Of a stretch of 64,000 nt of DNA, positions 37,960-48,953 are shown one piece after another. The translations under genes and the position numbers were made by a program. The notes below the pieces were generated by a model, which was not told the origin of the DNA, did no database searches, and saw only the letters and a program-made list of their open reading frames with translations. The DNA is from Myxococcota bacterium (lineage in GTDB: Bacteria > Myxococcota_A > SURF-8), in NCBI GenBank assembly GCA_965140415.1, contig OZ223209.1, positions 3,776,001-3,840,000 on the forward strand, read 5' to 3'. Numbering within the stretch: position 1 is the first letter of the stretch; every line of letters starts with the position of its first letter.

Positions 37960-40335
37960 TTACCACCTTACACAACGGACCAGGGTAGAGCTGTAAATAT
38001 TGAATGTATTGATATAGCCATTACGGTAGTATGAGCACCATGCTAAATCATCATCGTCAGCAATTAAACTCGACGACCAATAATATCCACAAGAACCTAG
38101 TAGACTACTTGGCCAATAACAACCATGGGCAGGACCATCATCTAACGAACAACCATCACATGAACTACTCCTACACTGCGGTTCCCTACAGAATTCTGGA
38201 AATTGGTAAATGTTGCAATCACCTCCAGACTCTGTTGCAGAACACCCACGTATCAAAGAACGCAATTCTGAAATAGAGGGCAGATACCAATCATCATATC
38301 CATCTAACGTCAAGCTTCTACAATATTTATCAGCTTCTTCCCAATACATTGGGATTGACGAGGGTGGGTCCTCCCAATACAAACCTGTATTTGAATCATA
38401 CCATGATCCATTGCTAGACAGACATTCATCACCGCTACACTCATCACTTCCACATTCTTCGTCTTTGTGATTAGGGTTCCCACAGTTGTCGTAGCACCAG
38501 ACATCGCTATTATAACAATCCTTGCTGGCACAGTCGTCCGTCACTCGGCACTCATTACATTCTTCTCCGCTACACCCATCACTTCCACATTCTTCGTCTA
38601 TGTAAGTAAGGTTACCGCAATTGTCATAGCAGTAGACATCGCCAATCACACATTTCCTGCTGGCACAGCTGTTGGTTACCTGACATCCGGTACATTCATC
38701 CACGCTACAACTATAAATTCCACATTCTTTGTCTTTGTGATTAGGGTTCCCACAGTTGTCGTAGCACCAGACATCGCCATCGGAACATTCCCTGCTGGCA
38801 CAATAATCACTTACCATACAGTAGGCACATACTCCTTCCCGGCACTCCCATCCATAATTACAGTGACTATCTTCACAACATTCATGGCAAAAATGATCGT
38901 AGTCAATACAACATTGCTGGCCATTTACACAATCGTAATCACTCTGGCAGACTTCATCTGGCTGTAAACTGGATAATGGCACATCTATTTCGTCCAAGAT
39001 TGAAGTTGTAGCCACATCGTATGCTCCTGCAAATTGGTCAAATATCAGTGGTAAAATTTCCACGATGTTTTTGAATTTTGACAAGACTTCACACATGCCT
39101 ACCGTGGCACCATCGCAAACCAAAGTTGTAGCACATAAAAACATATCGAGGGAGAGATCCAAACCATCATCAGCCACTGATTTAAACTTTTCAGCTATAT
39201 ATGGATCTGTTTTGTAAATTAAATCCATTTTGTCCAACAGAACAGATGATCGCTGAACGAATGTCGCCTTCACTGCGAGTTCCACACATTCATGAATAGT
39301 GCCTGTCAATGAAACCATTATAGTGCCCATCAACTCTAACGTATCGGCAAGCATGAGCCTTGAATAAATTTCGGGAGAAATATGATATGCAGAGAATATG
39401 TCTTGTATTTTTGTATAGTAAGCAATTCCACCTATCGGACCAAGAAAAGCCAACTTAAAGTACGATCCCTCAAAAATTAGCTTATCACTTTCGAAATAAG
39501 GTAATGTTATTGTCTCGCTGTAAGGCGGTGTGATATTACTAATATCCCAAACAGTTTGATTGTCTGAAAACATCTCAACCCAATTCACCCAGGAAAGAAC
39601 AGATTCTCGTGGTGCAAGTATCACTACCTTCTGTTGATCCTGAAACAGGCATGCCGCATAACGATATTTCTTGTTAGAGAATTCGTAACGAATTGTGTTT
39701 GCATCCCTTGTTTCGGTAACATCCACTCCGATTGAAGATGAATATCCATTATTACTCTTCATATATACATTTTGGGTATCCAGTTCTCTACGCTCTTCTG
39801 TAAGAGCTAAATAGACACTTAGACTATCTGTAAAGTCATCGAGATATTGCGCACCCCCAGTAGCAGCCATTATGCGTTCAGCATTAACATAGAGCAAATT
39901 GGTTTTATCAACCTCTCCATTGCTGCTTCTGTGAAATAATCCAACAAGTTGATTTGACGGAGCCGATAGGTCGGCACTTAGTCTATGTTCTTCTCCTTTT
40001 GATAATATGTACCATCCTTCGCCGCATTCGAGTCCATTCTGTGAAAAGTAACAATTGCCATTGTTTTCATTCATGGGGGAAATGCATACGCCATTTTTGC
40101 AAACTTTGTTAGAATCAGCACAGTCGCGTAGAAATCCCCACTCATCATTTTGGCATAATAGTATTTCTGTTCCACTGCACTGCCGATCATATTCCTTGCA
40201 GGCAGGATGAATGTAGATTGGTGGCTCATCATTGCTTTCCGAAATTTCTCCACCGCAAGATGAAATCAGAAGGGAAAGGAAAGAAAAAAAGATGCAAAAA
40301 AGAACAATAGAGAAATGTTTGGAATAGGTCGTCAT
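37960..40335 (-). CDS. Cys-rich repeat lipoprotein with C-terminal DUF1566 (Lcl/C-lectin-like) domain
   Basis: Lipobox ISSC; tandem ~41-aa CASxxCxxGDVWCYDNCGN repeats; WEEADKYC..LDGYDDWYLPSISELRSL..YYWSSS..VRCVR. Confidence 0.85.
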   Translation of the reverse strand: MTTYSKHFSIVLFCIFFSFLSLLISSCGGEISESNDEPPIYIHPACKEYDRQCSGTEILLCQNDEWGFLRDCADSNKVCKNGVCISPMNENNGNCYFSQNGLECGEGWYILSKGEEHRLSADLSAPSNQLVGLFHRSSNGEVDKTNLLYVNAERIMAATGGAQYLDDFTDSLSVYLALTEERRELDTQNVYMKSNNGYSSSIGVDVTETRDANTIRYEFSNKKYRYAACLFQDQQKVVILAPRESVLSWVNWVEMFSDNQTVWDISNITPPYSETITLPYFESDKLIFEGSYFKLAFLGPIGGIAYYTKIQDIFSAYHISPEIYSRLMLADTLELMGTIMVSLTGTIHECVELAVKATFVQRSSVLLDKMDLIYKTDPYIAEKFKSVADDGLDLSLDMFLCATTLVCDGATVGMCEVLSKFKNIVEILPLIFDQFAGAYDVATTSILDEIDVPLSSLQPDEVCQSDYDCVNGQQCCIDYDHFCHECCEDSHCNYGWECREGVCAYCMVSDYCASRECSDGDVWCYDNCGNPNHKDKECGIYSCSVDECTGCQVTNSCASRKCVIGDVYCYDNCGNLTYIDEECGSDGCSGEECNECRVTDDCASKDCYNSDVWCYDNCGNPNHKDEECGSDECSGDECLSSNGSWYDSNTGLYWEDPPSSIPMYWEEADKYCRSLTLDGYDDWYLPSISELRSLIRGCSATESGGDCNIYQFPEFCREPQCRSSSCDGCSLDDGPAHGCYWPSSLLGSCGYYWSSSLIADDDDLAWCSYYRNGYINTFNIYSSTLVRCVRW

Positions 40336-40379
40336 TTTCTTTTCCTCCATTGGACCAGCCTGTAAACATTCCATGCCAA

Positions 40380-40990
40380 TGCAGTGCTCCCCGTTGTGTG
40401 GACTACTTGAAGAGTTAGAATCCGGGTTGAGAATGAGCCATGCGGCTCGACCGTTTCAATCGTAGCACAAATCACCTTTCCAATCATCTTTTTCGTGATA
40501 CACTTACCTCATCCGCCCGGAAGATAGGGCTTCGCTGGAGAGCGACCCGAGCGCCGGACGGGTGGACGACGGAGGGACAGACGATCAGGGTCTGTCCTTT
40601 CTTTTTTTCAGTCCCTTCGGAGTCCGTTAACGCGCCAAACTCCGGGGGTTCGGGGGCAGAGCCCCTGAGAAGAAACGCTGCCGTTCCTCTTGCGGCGTTC
40701 GATATTCAAGGCTGCTGTGCGGACGATGCGTGTTGTATTTCCTGCGCCACATCTCCGTCTTCACCTGCGCCTCGCGCAAAGTCAGGAATATCTCCATGTT
40801 CAAACGCTCGTCGCGCACCTTCGAATTGAAACTCTCGATGAAACCGTTCTGCCAGGGACTGCCCGCGTCGATATGCAGCGTGTCCGTGCCGCGCTTATGG
40901 AGCCAGTTTTCCAGCTTCTCCGCGATGAATTCCGGGCCATTGTCCGAGCGGATAAAGGCCGGATTTCCGTATTGATTGAACAGATCGTCG
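40380..40990 (-). mobile_element. 3' fragment of a second, different IS3-family element
   Basis: IRSDNGPEF..GSPWQNGFIESFNSKVRDERLN..YNTHRPHSSL, truncated at 40990; possible end TGCAGTGCTCCCC at 40380. Confidence 0.8.
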
Positions 40991-41133
40991 TGACCCCCTA
41001 ACGAGAATCCAGTAATGATGTTAGACTTCAGCTAGAATTCCAAGATAGGAGGCAAGGTTATGGCGAAGCGAACGAGTATCGAAAATATCATCCGGCAGTT
41101 GCGCAAAGCGGAAGTACTGCAATCCCAAGGTCA
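40991..41133 (+). mobile_element. 5' fragment (IRL minus 5 nt plus start of orfA) of the IS3 element at 18580-19842
   Basis: Near-identical to the reverse complement of 19695-19837 (3 mismatches seen). Confidence 0.9.
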
Positions 41134-41316
41134 TCCGCCTGCACTACGCTCAACATATCCCTTGCCCACCGCTGGATGAAATTGCTTGAAACCGGCCAGA
41201 TCAAATCGGTGGTCGACCTTGCCGATCTGCTGGACAGAGACATCTCCAAGCTACGACATATCTTGAAGCTCGCTGATCTCGATCCGGTTGAGGTTGAGAA
41301 GGTGATGCAAAGCTAA
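41134..41316 (+). pseudogene. C-terminal fragment of a recombinase-associated HTH protein
   Basis: SLAHRWMKLLETGQIKSVVDLADLLDRDISKLRHILKLADLDP resembles tails of serine-recombinase-element proteins. Confidence 0.5.
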
Positions 41317-41344
41317 GTCAAAACGTCACAATAAAGAACACAAT

Positions 41345-41524
41345 ACTTTCCGCAGACCTATCTTCTCCTCCGAAAGAGGTGCTAACTTTGCGACATGGAG
41401 TTATAAAACTGTCGCTTTGCCAATAGCTTAAATTATAGGGTGTTAACAAAATGTCACGTGATATTTGGGTTGACCTTTCTTTTCAGTAGAGCAAGTGGAG
41501 AAACAAAGAAAAATGAGGTGATTT
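41345..41524 (+). repeat. ~180-bp imperfect direct repeat, copy 1 (copy 2 at 48613-48791)
   Basis: Shared blocks ccgcagacct, ctcctccgaaagagg, actttgcgacatgga, tgtcgcttt, ttatagggtgtt, aaatgtca.gtga.attt, ggagaaaca.agaaaaatg. Confidence 0.85.
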
Positions 41525-41554
41525 ATGGAAAATGCCTTTTTAAATTTTACTTAC

Positions 41555-42772
41555 TCACTCATGTCGCAAGGCATCTATGGGATTGAGGTTGGCGGCTTTA
41601 TGTGCAGGGTAAAATCCGAAGAAGACCCCGACGCCGCCTGAAAACACGAACGCCAGTAATACGATCTGAGGATCGACGACAACGCTGGAACCGGTCGCCG
41701 AACCAAGGACATACGCAATCCCCAGCCCGGCTAAGATGCCTATGATTCCCCCGATTACACTCAGGATCGTGGCTTCTATTAGAAATTGAAGCATCACGTC
41801 ACTGGGGTGTGCCCCAACGGCTAGGCGAAGTCCGATTTCACGGGTTCTTTCCGTAACCGTCACAAGCATGATGTTCATGATGCCGATCCCACCGACTAGG
41901 AGAGAGACTCCGGCAATGGCGCTTAACAGAAGCGTTATCGTGCCGGTAATGGATGTGGCACGCTCTTTGATTTCCGTTTGATCGAGTATTTCGAAATCGC
42001 TGTCCTGGCTGTCACTCAGCCGGTGGGATTTTCTTAGCAGGGTTTCAATCTGAATTTTGGCAAGTGCCATTTTCGAGTCGGAGACCGCACTGGCAATGAT
42101 GTCATGAACGGTTTCGCCATCGCCGAGCCGGTACATGACGGTCATGGAAGGGGCCAGTACGATATCGTCCTGATCCTGTCCTCGGCTGTCCGTGCCTTTC
42201 TCACCCAATACGCCGATCACTTTGAAAGGAACATTTCGAATGCGGATCGACGAACCGACCGGATCGTTGCCGTTAAACAATTCATCGACAATGGTTTTTC
42301 CTACCACGGCGACTTTCTTGCGCCCTTTCACGTCCTTGGCAGTAATGAATCGACCGGAGGGTATTTTGTAGCTTTTGATCTCTTTGTATTCGGGATCCAC
42401 TCCGTAGATCGATGTGTTCCAATTCATTCCCCCGGCAATAACTTGGTCGTTCTCTCTTATTTGAGGGGAAACATATTTCAGGGCCGTGGCATTCTTTCGC
42501 AGATAGTCGATGTCTTTGAGTTTCAGAGATGGCTTGCTGCCCCTACCACCACGAACACCTCCCCTGTCGGAACTACCGGGTCGAACCATGATCAGGTTGG
42601 TTCCCAAAGACGCCACTTCGTTTTCAATATCGGCCTGTGAGCCTTTTCCCAAAGACATCAAGGACACCACGGACGCAACACCAATGATGATTCCCAGAAT
42701 CGTCAAAAAGCCGCGCATTTTGTTGCGCAAGGTGCTTTTCATTGCCGCGACGGTAAACTTCCTCAGTTTCAT
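41555..42772 (-). CDS. macB: MacB-like ABC transporter permease
   Basis: LTILGIIIGVASV, SLLVGGIGIMNIMLVTVTERTREIG, FFGFYPA..A..LNPIDALRHE. Confidence 0.9.
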   Translation of the reverse strand: MKLRKFTVAAMKSTLRNKMRGFLTILGIIIGVASVVSLMSLGKGSQADIENEVASLGTNLIMVRPGSSDRGGVRGGRGSKPSLKLKDIDYLRKNATALKYVSPQIRENDQVIAGGMNWNTSIYGVDPEYKEIKSYKIPSGRFITAKDVKGRKKVAVVGKTIVDELFNGNDPVGSSIRIRNVPFKVIGVLGEKGTDSRGQDQDDIVLAPSMTVMYRLGDGETVHDIIASAVSDSKMALAKIQIETLLRKSHRLSDSQDSDFEILDQTEIKERATSITGTITLLLSAIAGVSLLVGGIGIMNIMLVTVTERTREIGLRLAVGAHPSDVMLQFLIEATILSVIGGIIGILAGLGIAYVLGSATGSSVVVDPQIVLLAFVFSGGVGVFFGFYPAHKAANLNPIDALRHE

Positions 42773-42776
42773 TGCC

Positions 42777-43571
42777 CTACACCCTCGCCTCGTCGCTATT
42801 GACAGAATGGTTATCGGAAATTCCTACTTTCAACACGTTTAAATCATTTGCAGCAGACCGTGGATGGCTTACCCCTTTGTCCTCAACGACCTTGCCGTCC
42901 CTTAGTTCTACAACGCGACGTGTATATCGGGCGACATCATCTTCATGAGTGACCAACACGATGGTGTTGCCCTGTTCGTTCAGTTGTTGAAACAACGCCA
43001 TCACCTCAATGGTTGTTCGGCTGTCCAGATTTCCGGTCGGTTCATCGGCAAGGATGATGGATGGATGGTTGACCAAAGCGCGGGCAATGGCCACACGCTG
43101 CTGCTGGCCCCCGGACAACTGACTAGGTGTGTGGTCAAGCCGGTCACCCAACCCAACCTTTTCCAATGCCTGTTGTGCCTGTTGGTTCACATCAATCGTT
43201 TTTCCGCTACGGTCATACAACAAGGGCAATTGGACGTTTTCCAGGGCCGTTGTACGCGCAAGGAGATTGAATCCCTGGAATACGAAGCCGATTCTCTGAT
43301 TTCGAATGTCGGCCAATTGCTTTTTGGGTATTTCATTGACGTTCACACCGTCCAGAATGTAGTCGCCCTTCGTGGCCAGATCCAAACAGCCGATCAGGTT
43401 CATCAGCGTCGATTTCCCCGAACCGGACGATCCCATGATCGCAATGAAATCACCGGACTTGATGGACAGCGAGACACTGTTGAGGGCACGTACCTCGACA
43501 TCTCCCATATGAAACACTTTATGGATCTCATTCAATGTGATGACAGTCGTGTTCTCTTCTCGCTTCATCAT
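42777..43571 (-). CDS. ABC transporter ATP-binding protein (MacB/LolD type)
   Basis: [35 protein letters not shown]. Confidence 0.95.
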   Translation of the reverse strand: MMKREENTTVITLNEIHKVFHMGDVEVRALNSVSLSIKSGDFIAIMGSSGSGKSTLMNLIGCLDLATKGDYILDGVNVNEIPKKQLADIRNQRIGFVFQGFNLLARTTALENVQLPLLYDRSGKTIDVNQQAQQALEKVGLGDRLDHTPSQLSGGQQQRVAIARALVNHPSIILADEPTGNLDSRTTIEVMALFQQLNEQGNTIVLVTHEDDVARYTRRVVELRDGKVVEDKGVSHPRSAANDLNVLKVGISDNHSVNSDEARV

Positions 43572-44773
43572 CGTCCCCCTCCGCCGGGCCTAGGCCCTCG
43601 ACCGGGGCCGCGAGTACGTGGCATCAGCCTCGAAAACAACCCACGCTTCTTTTCGATGGCTTCCGAATTGACTGAGGTAATGACGAGTATACCTTCTCTA
43701 AGCTCTTCACCGCTCACAACCGTGTTACTATCATCGGAGAGTCCCTTTGTGACCGCAACTCTTCTGGGCGGTCCTTCATTATCGAGAACGTAAATCACCC
43801 CATGATCCTTTGGATTGTCGTCTTGTTGACGATCCGGGCCACCAAGAGAAACCATCAGTGCAGAGTCAGGCACGAATAGGGCATTTTCTTCCCGATTCAC
43901 GATGAAATCGACGGTAGCGGTCATACCCGGAAGGAGAACCCCGCCTTTGTTTTCCGACTCCACAACCACGGTATAGGTCACCACGTTCGATACGGTCTGG
44001 GGTTGCAGGCGAATCTGTTCCACAGTGCCGGTAAACATCCGGTCCGGGTAAGCTGCAACTTCAAACTCGCAAGCCTGCCCGGCCTTGACTTGCCCGATGT
44101 CGCTTTCGTCCACAGCCACCTCGATCTGCATCTGAGACAAATCTTCAGCAATGATGAACAGAGTGGGCGTGCTAAGCGAAGCGGCGACGGTTTGTCCTTC
44201 TTCGATGGAACGCTCGATGACGGTCCCATCGATGGGTGAGCGAATGACCGTATAGTCAAGATTGGTTTGGGAGCGAGAAAGCGATGCTTGCGCCAAGGCC
44301 AAATCTGCCTTTGCCGTACTAAGGTTGGTTTGATATACGAGGAATTCCTCGTCGGATAGAAAGCTCTTCGCATTCAAAGGAGCATTGCGGTCGTATTCGG
44401 CTTGAGCCTGTTTCAATCTCGCCCTGGCACTGGTGACCGAAGCCTTCGCACCAAGCAACTCAGCCCTAAACAGATTTTGGTTCAAGGTGGCGAGAACCTG
44501 TCCTTTTCTGACCTGGTCGTTGTAATCCACCGAAATGGTATCGATGGTGCCCGAGACTTGTGTTCCGACATCGACCGTTCCCTTGGCTGCCAGACTTCCC
44601 GTGCTGGAAATGGTAATCGTCAGATCCCCCCGTTGAATAGTAGCGGTTTCAAAAGGTGAGTCTTCCTGCGAGGCGGAAACAGAATCGGTGTATTGGAATA
44701 TCGCAAATCCCAGTAAACATAGGCCGATAATGCCAAATAAGACCTTTTTGCGGTTTATGTTGAAAACATTCAT
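43568..44773 (-). CDS. macA: Efflux periplasmic adaptor (MacA-like)
   Basis: VDVGTQVSGTI, IRSPIDGTV, VDESDIGQV, NVVTYTVV, LLPGMTA. Confidence 0.9.
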   Translation of the reverse strand: MNVFNINRKKVLFGIIGLCLLGFAIFQYTDSVSASQEDSPFETATIQRGDLTITISSTGSLAAKGTVDVGTQVSGTIDTISVDYNDQVRKGQVLATLNQNLFRAELLGAKASVTSARARLKQAQAEYDRNAPLNAKSFLSDEEFLVYQTNLSTAKADLALAQASLSRSQTNLDYTVIRSPIDGTVIERSIEEGQTVAASLSTPTLFIIAEDLSQMQIEVAVDESDIGQVKAGQACEFEVAAYPDRMFTGTVEQIRLQPQTVSNVVTYTVVVESENKGGVLLPGMTATVDFIVNREENALFVPDSALMVSLGGPDRQQDDNPKDHGVIYVLDNEGPPRRVAVTKGLSDDSNTVVSGEELREGILVITSVNSEAIEKKRGLFSRLMPRTRGPGRGPRPGGGGR

Positions 44774-46164
44774 TGGTTTGCCCCTTTGTAAAGCGTATCC
44801 AAGGTGTCCATAAGATTTCCTTTTTGATAGGCAACGCTGAGCCGTTTTTCGGTTCGTGTATAAATAGCATCGATGTTTTCGTAGCGTGCTTCAAAATAGG
44901 CGGTTCGAGCGGAAGTAAGCTCTAATAGCGTGGAGGCATGTACATTGTAGCGTTCTACCATCGCTTCCAATGCCAAGCTGGTTGCTTCGACAAGCGACTT
45001 TGCCACTTCCACTTGCGCGACGGCTGTTTTGTAATCCTCGATAGCCTGCAACAACTCCACGGACGCCTGCTGCTCCAACTCAATACGTTCCAATTCTGCA
45101 ATTTGGCGTTGCGCTTTTGCCTTAGTGGTGGCGGTGTATGTATCCAACCCATCGAAAATCGGAATGGATAGCATTACACCAAAAACTCCGACCACCTTAT
45201 CCTCGGTGAACTGGTCCGAATAGGAGGGCTCACCATCCATTGAGCTGAAACCCGTACCGATGCTCGCAAACAGGTCGATTGTTGGCCAATATCCAGAATA
45301 GGACTTGGTGACATCCTGAGCACGTGCCTTTAGGGTCAGGTTTTGAGACACCAAGTCGGCCCGATTGGCAATCGCCATGCTATAGGCATCTTCATACGAA
45401 TCAGGTGACGATAAGAATGAGTTGGAGGCTTTTTCCGGTTGCACGACGGAAAGGGAGGTCGATTCGGGTAAGCCCAATACCTGCACGAGTAACAGTCGAT
45501 TGATGTTTAATGCATTTTCAGCTTCCAGCAACTGTTTCTTTGCCTGGCTCATCTCGGCCTTTTGCTGGTACAAGTCGGTGACGGAAACTTTTCCAGCCTG
45601 ATAGAAGTTCTCAATCTTTTCTAGCTGCAATCGATTTTGTTCGAGCTGTTTCCGTTCCAAGGCAACCCATTCACGACTTCTGAGAACCTGGAAGTATCGG
45701 GTGGCGACTTCAAGAGCAAGTGACTGCTCCGTCCAGGATTTAGTTGCAGTCGCGGCATCCCGTTCCAGTCTGGCTCCCTTCAAAGACGCCACGTTGGAGA
45801 GACCATCGAAAATCGTGATGTTGGTTGTCGCGGTGATATCCATGCCACCGAAATCGCGGCTGAACAAACCGGGTGAGGAATTGCTTTGGGTTGTTTGACC
45901 GGCGGCTTGTTGTCCGCTGTCGTATTGCTGGTAACCTCTCAGGCTCGCCGACAAGGTGGGAAGGAAGTCGCCCACTGCACCAGTAACGTCTGCTTGTTTC
46001 ACCGTGACCGCTTCCGTCGCCTGCAAAGCCGTAGGATTGTTTTGCAGGGCAAGTTGAACCGCCTGCTCCAAGGTGACTATCAACTCTTCCTCGGCTATTG
46101 CAGGTAGGCTGCAAGTGAACGTGGTAATGATCGCTAGGAGGAATATCGTTGTGGGTCGCGTCAT
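44770..46164 (-). CDS. TolC-family outer-membrane efflux protein
   Basis: TLEQAVQLALQNNP and two OEP-like repeats; signal peptide from MTRPTT. Confidence 0.9.
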   Translation of the reverse strand: MTRPTTIFLLAIITTFTCSLPAIAEEELIVTLEQAVQLALQNNPTALQATEAVTVKQADVTGAVGDFLPTLSASLRGYQQYDSGQQAAGQTTQSNSSPGLFSRDFGGMDITATTNITIFDGLSNVASLKGARLERDAATATKSWTEQSLALEVATRYFQVLRSREWVALERKQLEQNRLQLEKIENFYQAGKVSVTDLYQQKAEMSQAKKQLLEAENALNINRLLLVQVLGLPESTSLSVVQPEKASNSFLSSPDSYEDAYSMAIANRADLVSQNLTLKARAQDVTKSYSGYWPTIDLFASIGTGFSSMDGEPSYSDQFTEDKVVGVFGVMLSIPIFDGLDTYTATTKAKAQRQIAELERIELEQQASVELLQAIEDYKTAVAQVEVAKSLVEATSLALEAMVERYNVHASTLLELTSARTAYFEARYENIDAIYTRTEKRLSVAYQKGNLMDTLDTLYKGANQ

Positions 46165-46365
46165 GTCTTTATCTTTCTGCCAGTCGATTTTCAACAACCA
46201 AACACTTGCAGTATGAAGCAACACACATTGCTTTTCAGCAGCGTTTTGGAATTGGTTTGTATCAATCAGCATCAAGAGAAAATGACACCACCGCCTAGTC
46301 TCGAACACACCAAGAGTCAGGGAGAATGATTGTTATGCTTAGGTTTGAGGGTGTGAGACTTGAAT

Positions 46366-47658
46366 TTACTGAGGTGACAGCCAACTTGTTACCATTCTGC
46401 ATCCCCGATTGCTATCGGCAACGCTTATGGAACCGCCATGAGCTTGCATAATTCGACGAACGATGGCCAAGCCGAGCCCTGCACCGCCGGATTTCCGATT
46501 GCGGCTTTCATCGACGCGGTAGAAGGGCTCGAATAAGTGTTCACGTTTATCGGAAGGGATGCCGGGGCCGTCGTCCGCTACCTCGACCAGAACATGGTTG
46601 TTGATTTTCTGATATCGAATAACGACCTCTGTCTCGGCATACCGAACCGCATTGCCGATCAGGTTTCCGATGGCGCGATTGAAATATTTGAGATTAGCCT
46701 CCACATCGATATCCTGCTCCGAATCGGATTGAAGCTTGATATTGATTTCAGGACGTTCTCTTTCAAACATCTCCGCCAGTTCGTCAAGAGCCTCGGCCAC
46801 TGTGAAGATTTCCTTTTTCAAAGGACTAGCAGTAGAATCGAAACGCATATACAGAAACAATTCGTCAACCAAGTCGTTCAACTCGTCGAGTCCGTCTTTG
46901 ATTTCAGCGGCCTTTTCCGAACGTGTGCTTTTATCTTCGGAGCTTTCCAGCAGTTCCAGGTCGAATCGGATCCGGGCGATAGGGGTGCGCAGTTCGTGGG
47001 AGACAGCCTGAATGAGATGGCGTTGGTTCTTTAACAACTTTTCGATCTTGTCCGCCATGTCATTGAAACGATTGGACAGGCCGCCAATCGCATCGTTCGA
47101 CTTGATATCGGAGCGAGCGGAAAGATCGCCTTGCCCCAAACGTTCCGTCGCCTCATCCAGGATGCGCAATCGCTTTGCCACCGGGAAGGTCAGGATGTAA
47201 CCGACCAAGCCCACAATCGGTATCATGATGAAAATGACAATAAGAAGGTGGCTCCACTGGAATGGGAATGGGGGTTTTGTCGGTCCGAAAATGGCAACGT
47301 ACTTCCCATTGTGGACAGTAAAATAATCGATCTTGCCTTGTTCTGTGTATTCATGACTTCGAGGACGATCCTTCAAATTCTCTGAGATTCCAGGAGGGAT
47401 GAAGGTTGAACCAGAGAGAACCAGTTTGAAAGTGGTCAGAGTCGATTCGTGCAACTTTGCCACTTCGTTTTCCAGCTCGGACTCCGGCACAGCGTCCAGA
47501 CGCTCTTTGATGATCTCGATCTGACCACGATGGCGCGATTCGATCCGTTCCCGCATGTGCTGATCGAATGAATACCGAAGCACCTGACTTGCAATACCGG
47601 ATGCGACAATCAGTGCAAGGAGGATGCCCAGCGAAATGGACAAGTACAGCCGTTTCAT
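46366..47658 (-). CDS. HAMP sensor histidine kinase (RstB-like)
   Basis: VSHELRTP, NLIGNAVRY, DDGPGI, FEPFYR, GGAGLGL. Confidence 0.95.
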   Translation of the reverse strand: MKRLYLSISLGILLALIVASGIASQVLRYSFDQHMRERIESRHRGQIEIIKERLDAVPESELENEVAKLHESTLTTFKLVLSGSTFIPPGISENLKDRPRSHEYTEQGKIDYFTVHNGKYVAIFGPTKPPFPFQWSHLLIVIFIMIPIVGLVGYILTFPVAKRLRILDEATERLGQGDLSARSDIKSNDAIGGLSNRFNDMADKIEKLLKNQRHLIQAVSHELRTPIARIRFDLELLESSEDKSTRSEKAAEIKDGLDELNDLVDELFLYMRFDSTASPLKKEIFTVAEALDELAEMFERERPEINIKLQSDSEQDIDVEANLKYFNRAIGNLIGNAVRYAETEVVIRYQKINNHVLVEVADDGPGIPSDKREHLFEPFYRVDESRNRKSGGAGLGLAIVRRIMQAHGGSISVADSNRGCRMVTSWLSPQ

Positions 47659-48383
47659 TGGTCCTCCGCAAACAGATAGCCTGTACCGCGAATGGCCTTG
47701 ATTCGGCGAGACTGTTTTGTGTCATCCCCAAGCTTTTTACGAAGTCTGGCTATACGAAGATCGATGGAGCGGTCGATACCATCGTATTCGAATCCCCTCA
47801 CTGCCGGGTAAATCTGATCTCTCGTTAAAACCTCTCCCGGATGCTGGGCCAGATAATACAGAAGATCGAATTCGGCGGTGGTCAGATCGATGGATTGATA
47901 GTTAAGCCAAACCATGCGATTAGCCGCATCGATGGTCAATGATCCGATAACAATCTTTTTCGACGATGAAACAGGTTCTTCAACCGTGTTCTTGTTGTTT
48001 TGGCTTTCCCGATCGGTGCGGCGCAGTTGGACATGAATCCTCGTAAGCAAGCGGCGAGGGCTGACGGGTTTTGTCAGATAATCATCTGCGCCGACTTCCA
48101 AACCGACCAGTTCGTCGGTTTCCTCATCCAGGGCAGTGAGCATGATGATCGGACCGGAAAACTCGGGACGCACTTCACGGCAGACAGCAAGCCCGTCTTT
48201 TCCCGGCAGCATGATATCCAGGATGACAAGGTCCGGTTTTTCCGTCAGAATCCTTTCCTGGGCCGTATCCCCTCGTTCCTCGACGATTACCCGGTAATGA
48301 TTGGACTCCAGGTAGTTTTTGATCGACCTGGCCAGTTTTGGATCATCTTCTACGATGAGTATGGTCGGGTTCAAAGTTTCCAT
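47655..48383 (-). CDS. OmpR-family response regulator (RstA-like)
   Basis: IVEDD, LDIMLPGKDG, GADDYLTKP, LTTAEFDLL, RSIDLRIARLRKKL, IRGTGY. Confidence 0.95.
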   Translation of the reverse strand: METLNPTILIVEDDPKLARSIKNYLESNHYRVIVEERGDTAQERILTEKPDLVILDIMLPGKDGLAVCREVRPEFSGPIIMLTALDEETDELVGLEVGADDYLTKPVSPRRLLTRIHVQLRRTDRESQNNKNTVEEPVSSSKKIVIGSLTIDAANRMVWLNYQSIDLTTAEFDLLYYLAQHPGEVLTRDQIYPAVRGFEYDGIDRSIDLRIARLRKKLGDDTKQSRRIKAIRGTGYLFAEDQ

Positions 48384-48612
48384 TCGTTCTGCCACCTTTA
48401 ACTCACTGAACACAAAGCACTTATTCCGAAATGGAATCATAATGCCTGTAAGTCAGTATAATACGAAAAAGATGGCGATTCAGCAACGGTTTAGCATCGG
48501 TCGGTATCGAATTGTATCGACAGTTTCTACATAAATTTACGATTTATTCTATTTAAACAGCCTGTTCAAAAACTCAGGATTTGTGGAATTTTGCGGCACA
48601 GCCAATGCAACC

Positions 48613-48791
48613 ACTTCCGCAGACCTCTCCGCTCCTCCGAAAGAGGATCGAACTTTGCGACATGGAATTACCAACGTGTCGCTTTCCAAGTGGCTGAATT
48701 TATAGGGTGTTGACTAAATGTCATGTGACATTTGGTTTGATCTTGCATATCAGTGGAGCAAACGGAGAAACAGAGAAAAATGGGGCGATTT
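48613..48791 (+). repeat. ~180-bp imperfect direct repeat, copy 2
   Basis: Colinear with 41345-41524; contains the perfect palindrome AAATGTCATGTGACATTT. Confidence 0.85.
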
Positions 48792-48953
48792 TCGCCGAAA
48801 TGACGAGATTTCAAGAAAGCCATGAAAAATCAAAAAGCCACTCGGAAAATGTAGCGAATGGAAAATCATTAGATATTAAGCAGTTATAGCGACCACATAA
48901 AGCACAAAACCCGATACTCGCTTAATGGAGAATCGGGTTCGTGTTTTTAACAA

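Noticed and set aside
10545-40335. Diversity-generating retroelement (RT plus FGE-sulfatase and DUF1566 C-lectin-fold genes, which are typical DGR targets)
   Set aside because: The RT has QGNPISP rather than the DGR-type GxxxSQ and is far longer than DGR RTs. I found no avd-like gene and no adenine-variant TR/VR pair by eye; a self-alignment would be decisive.
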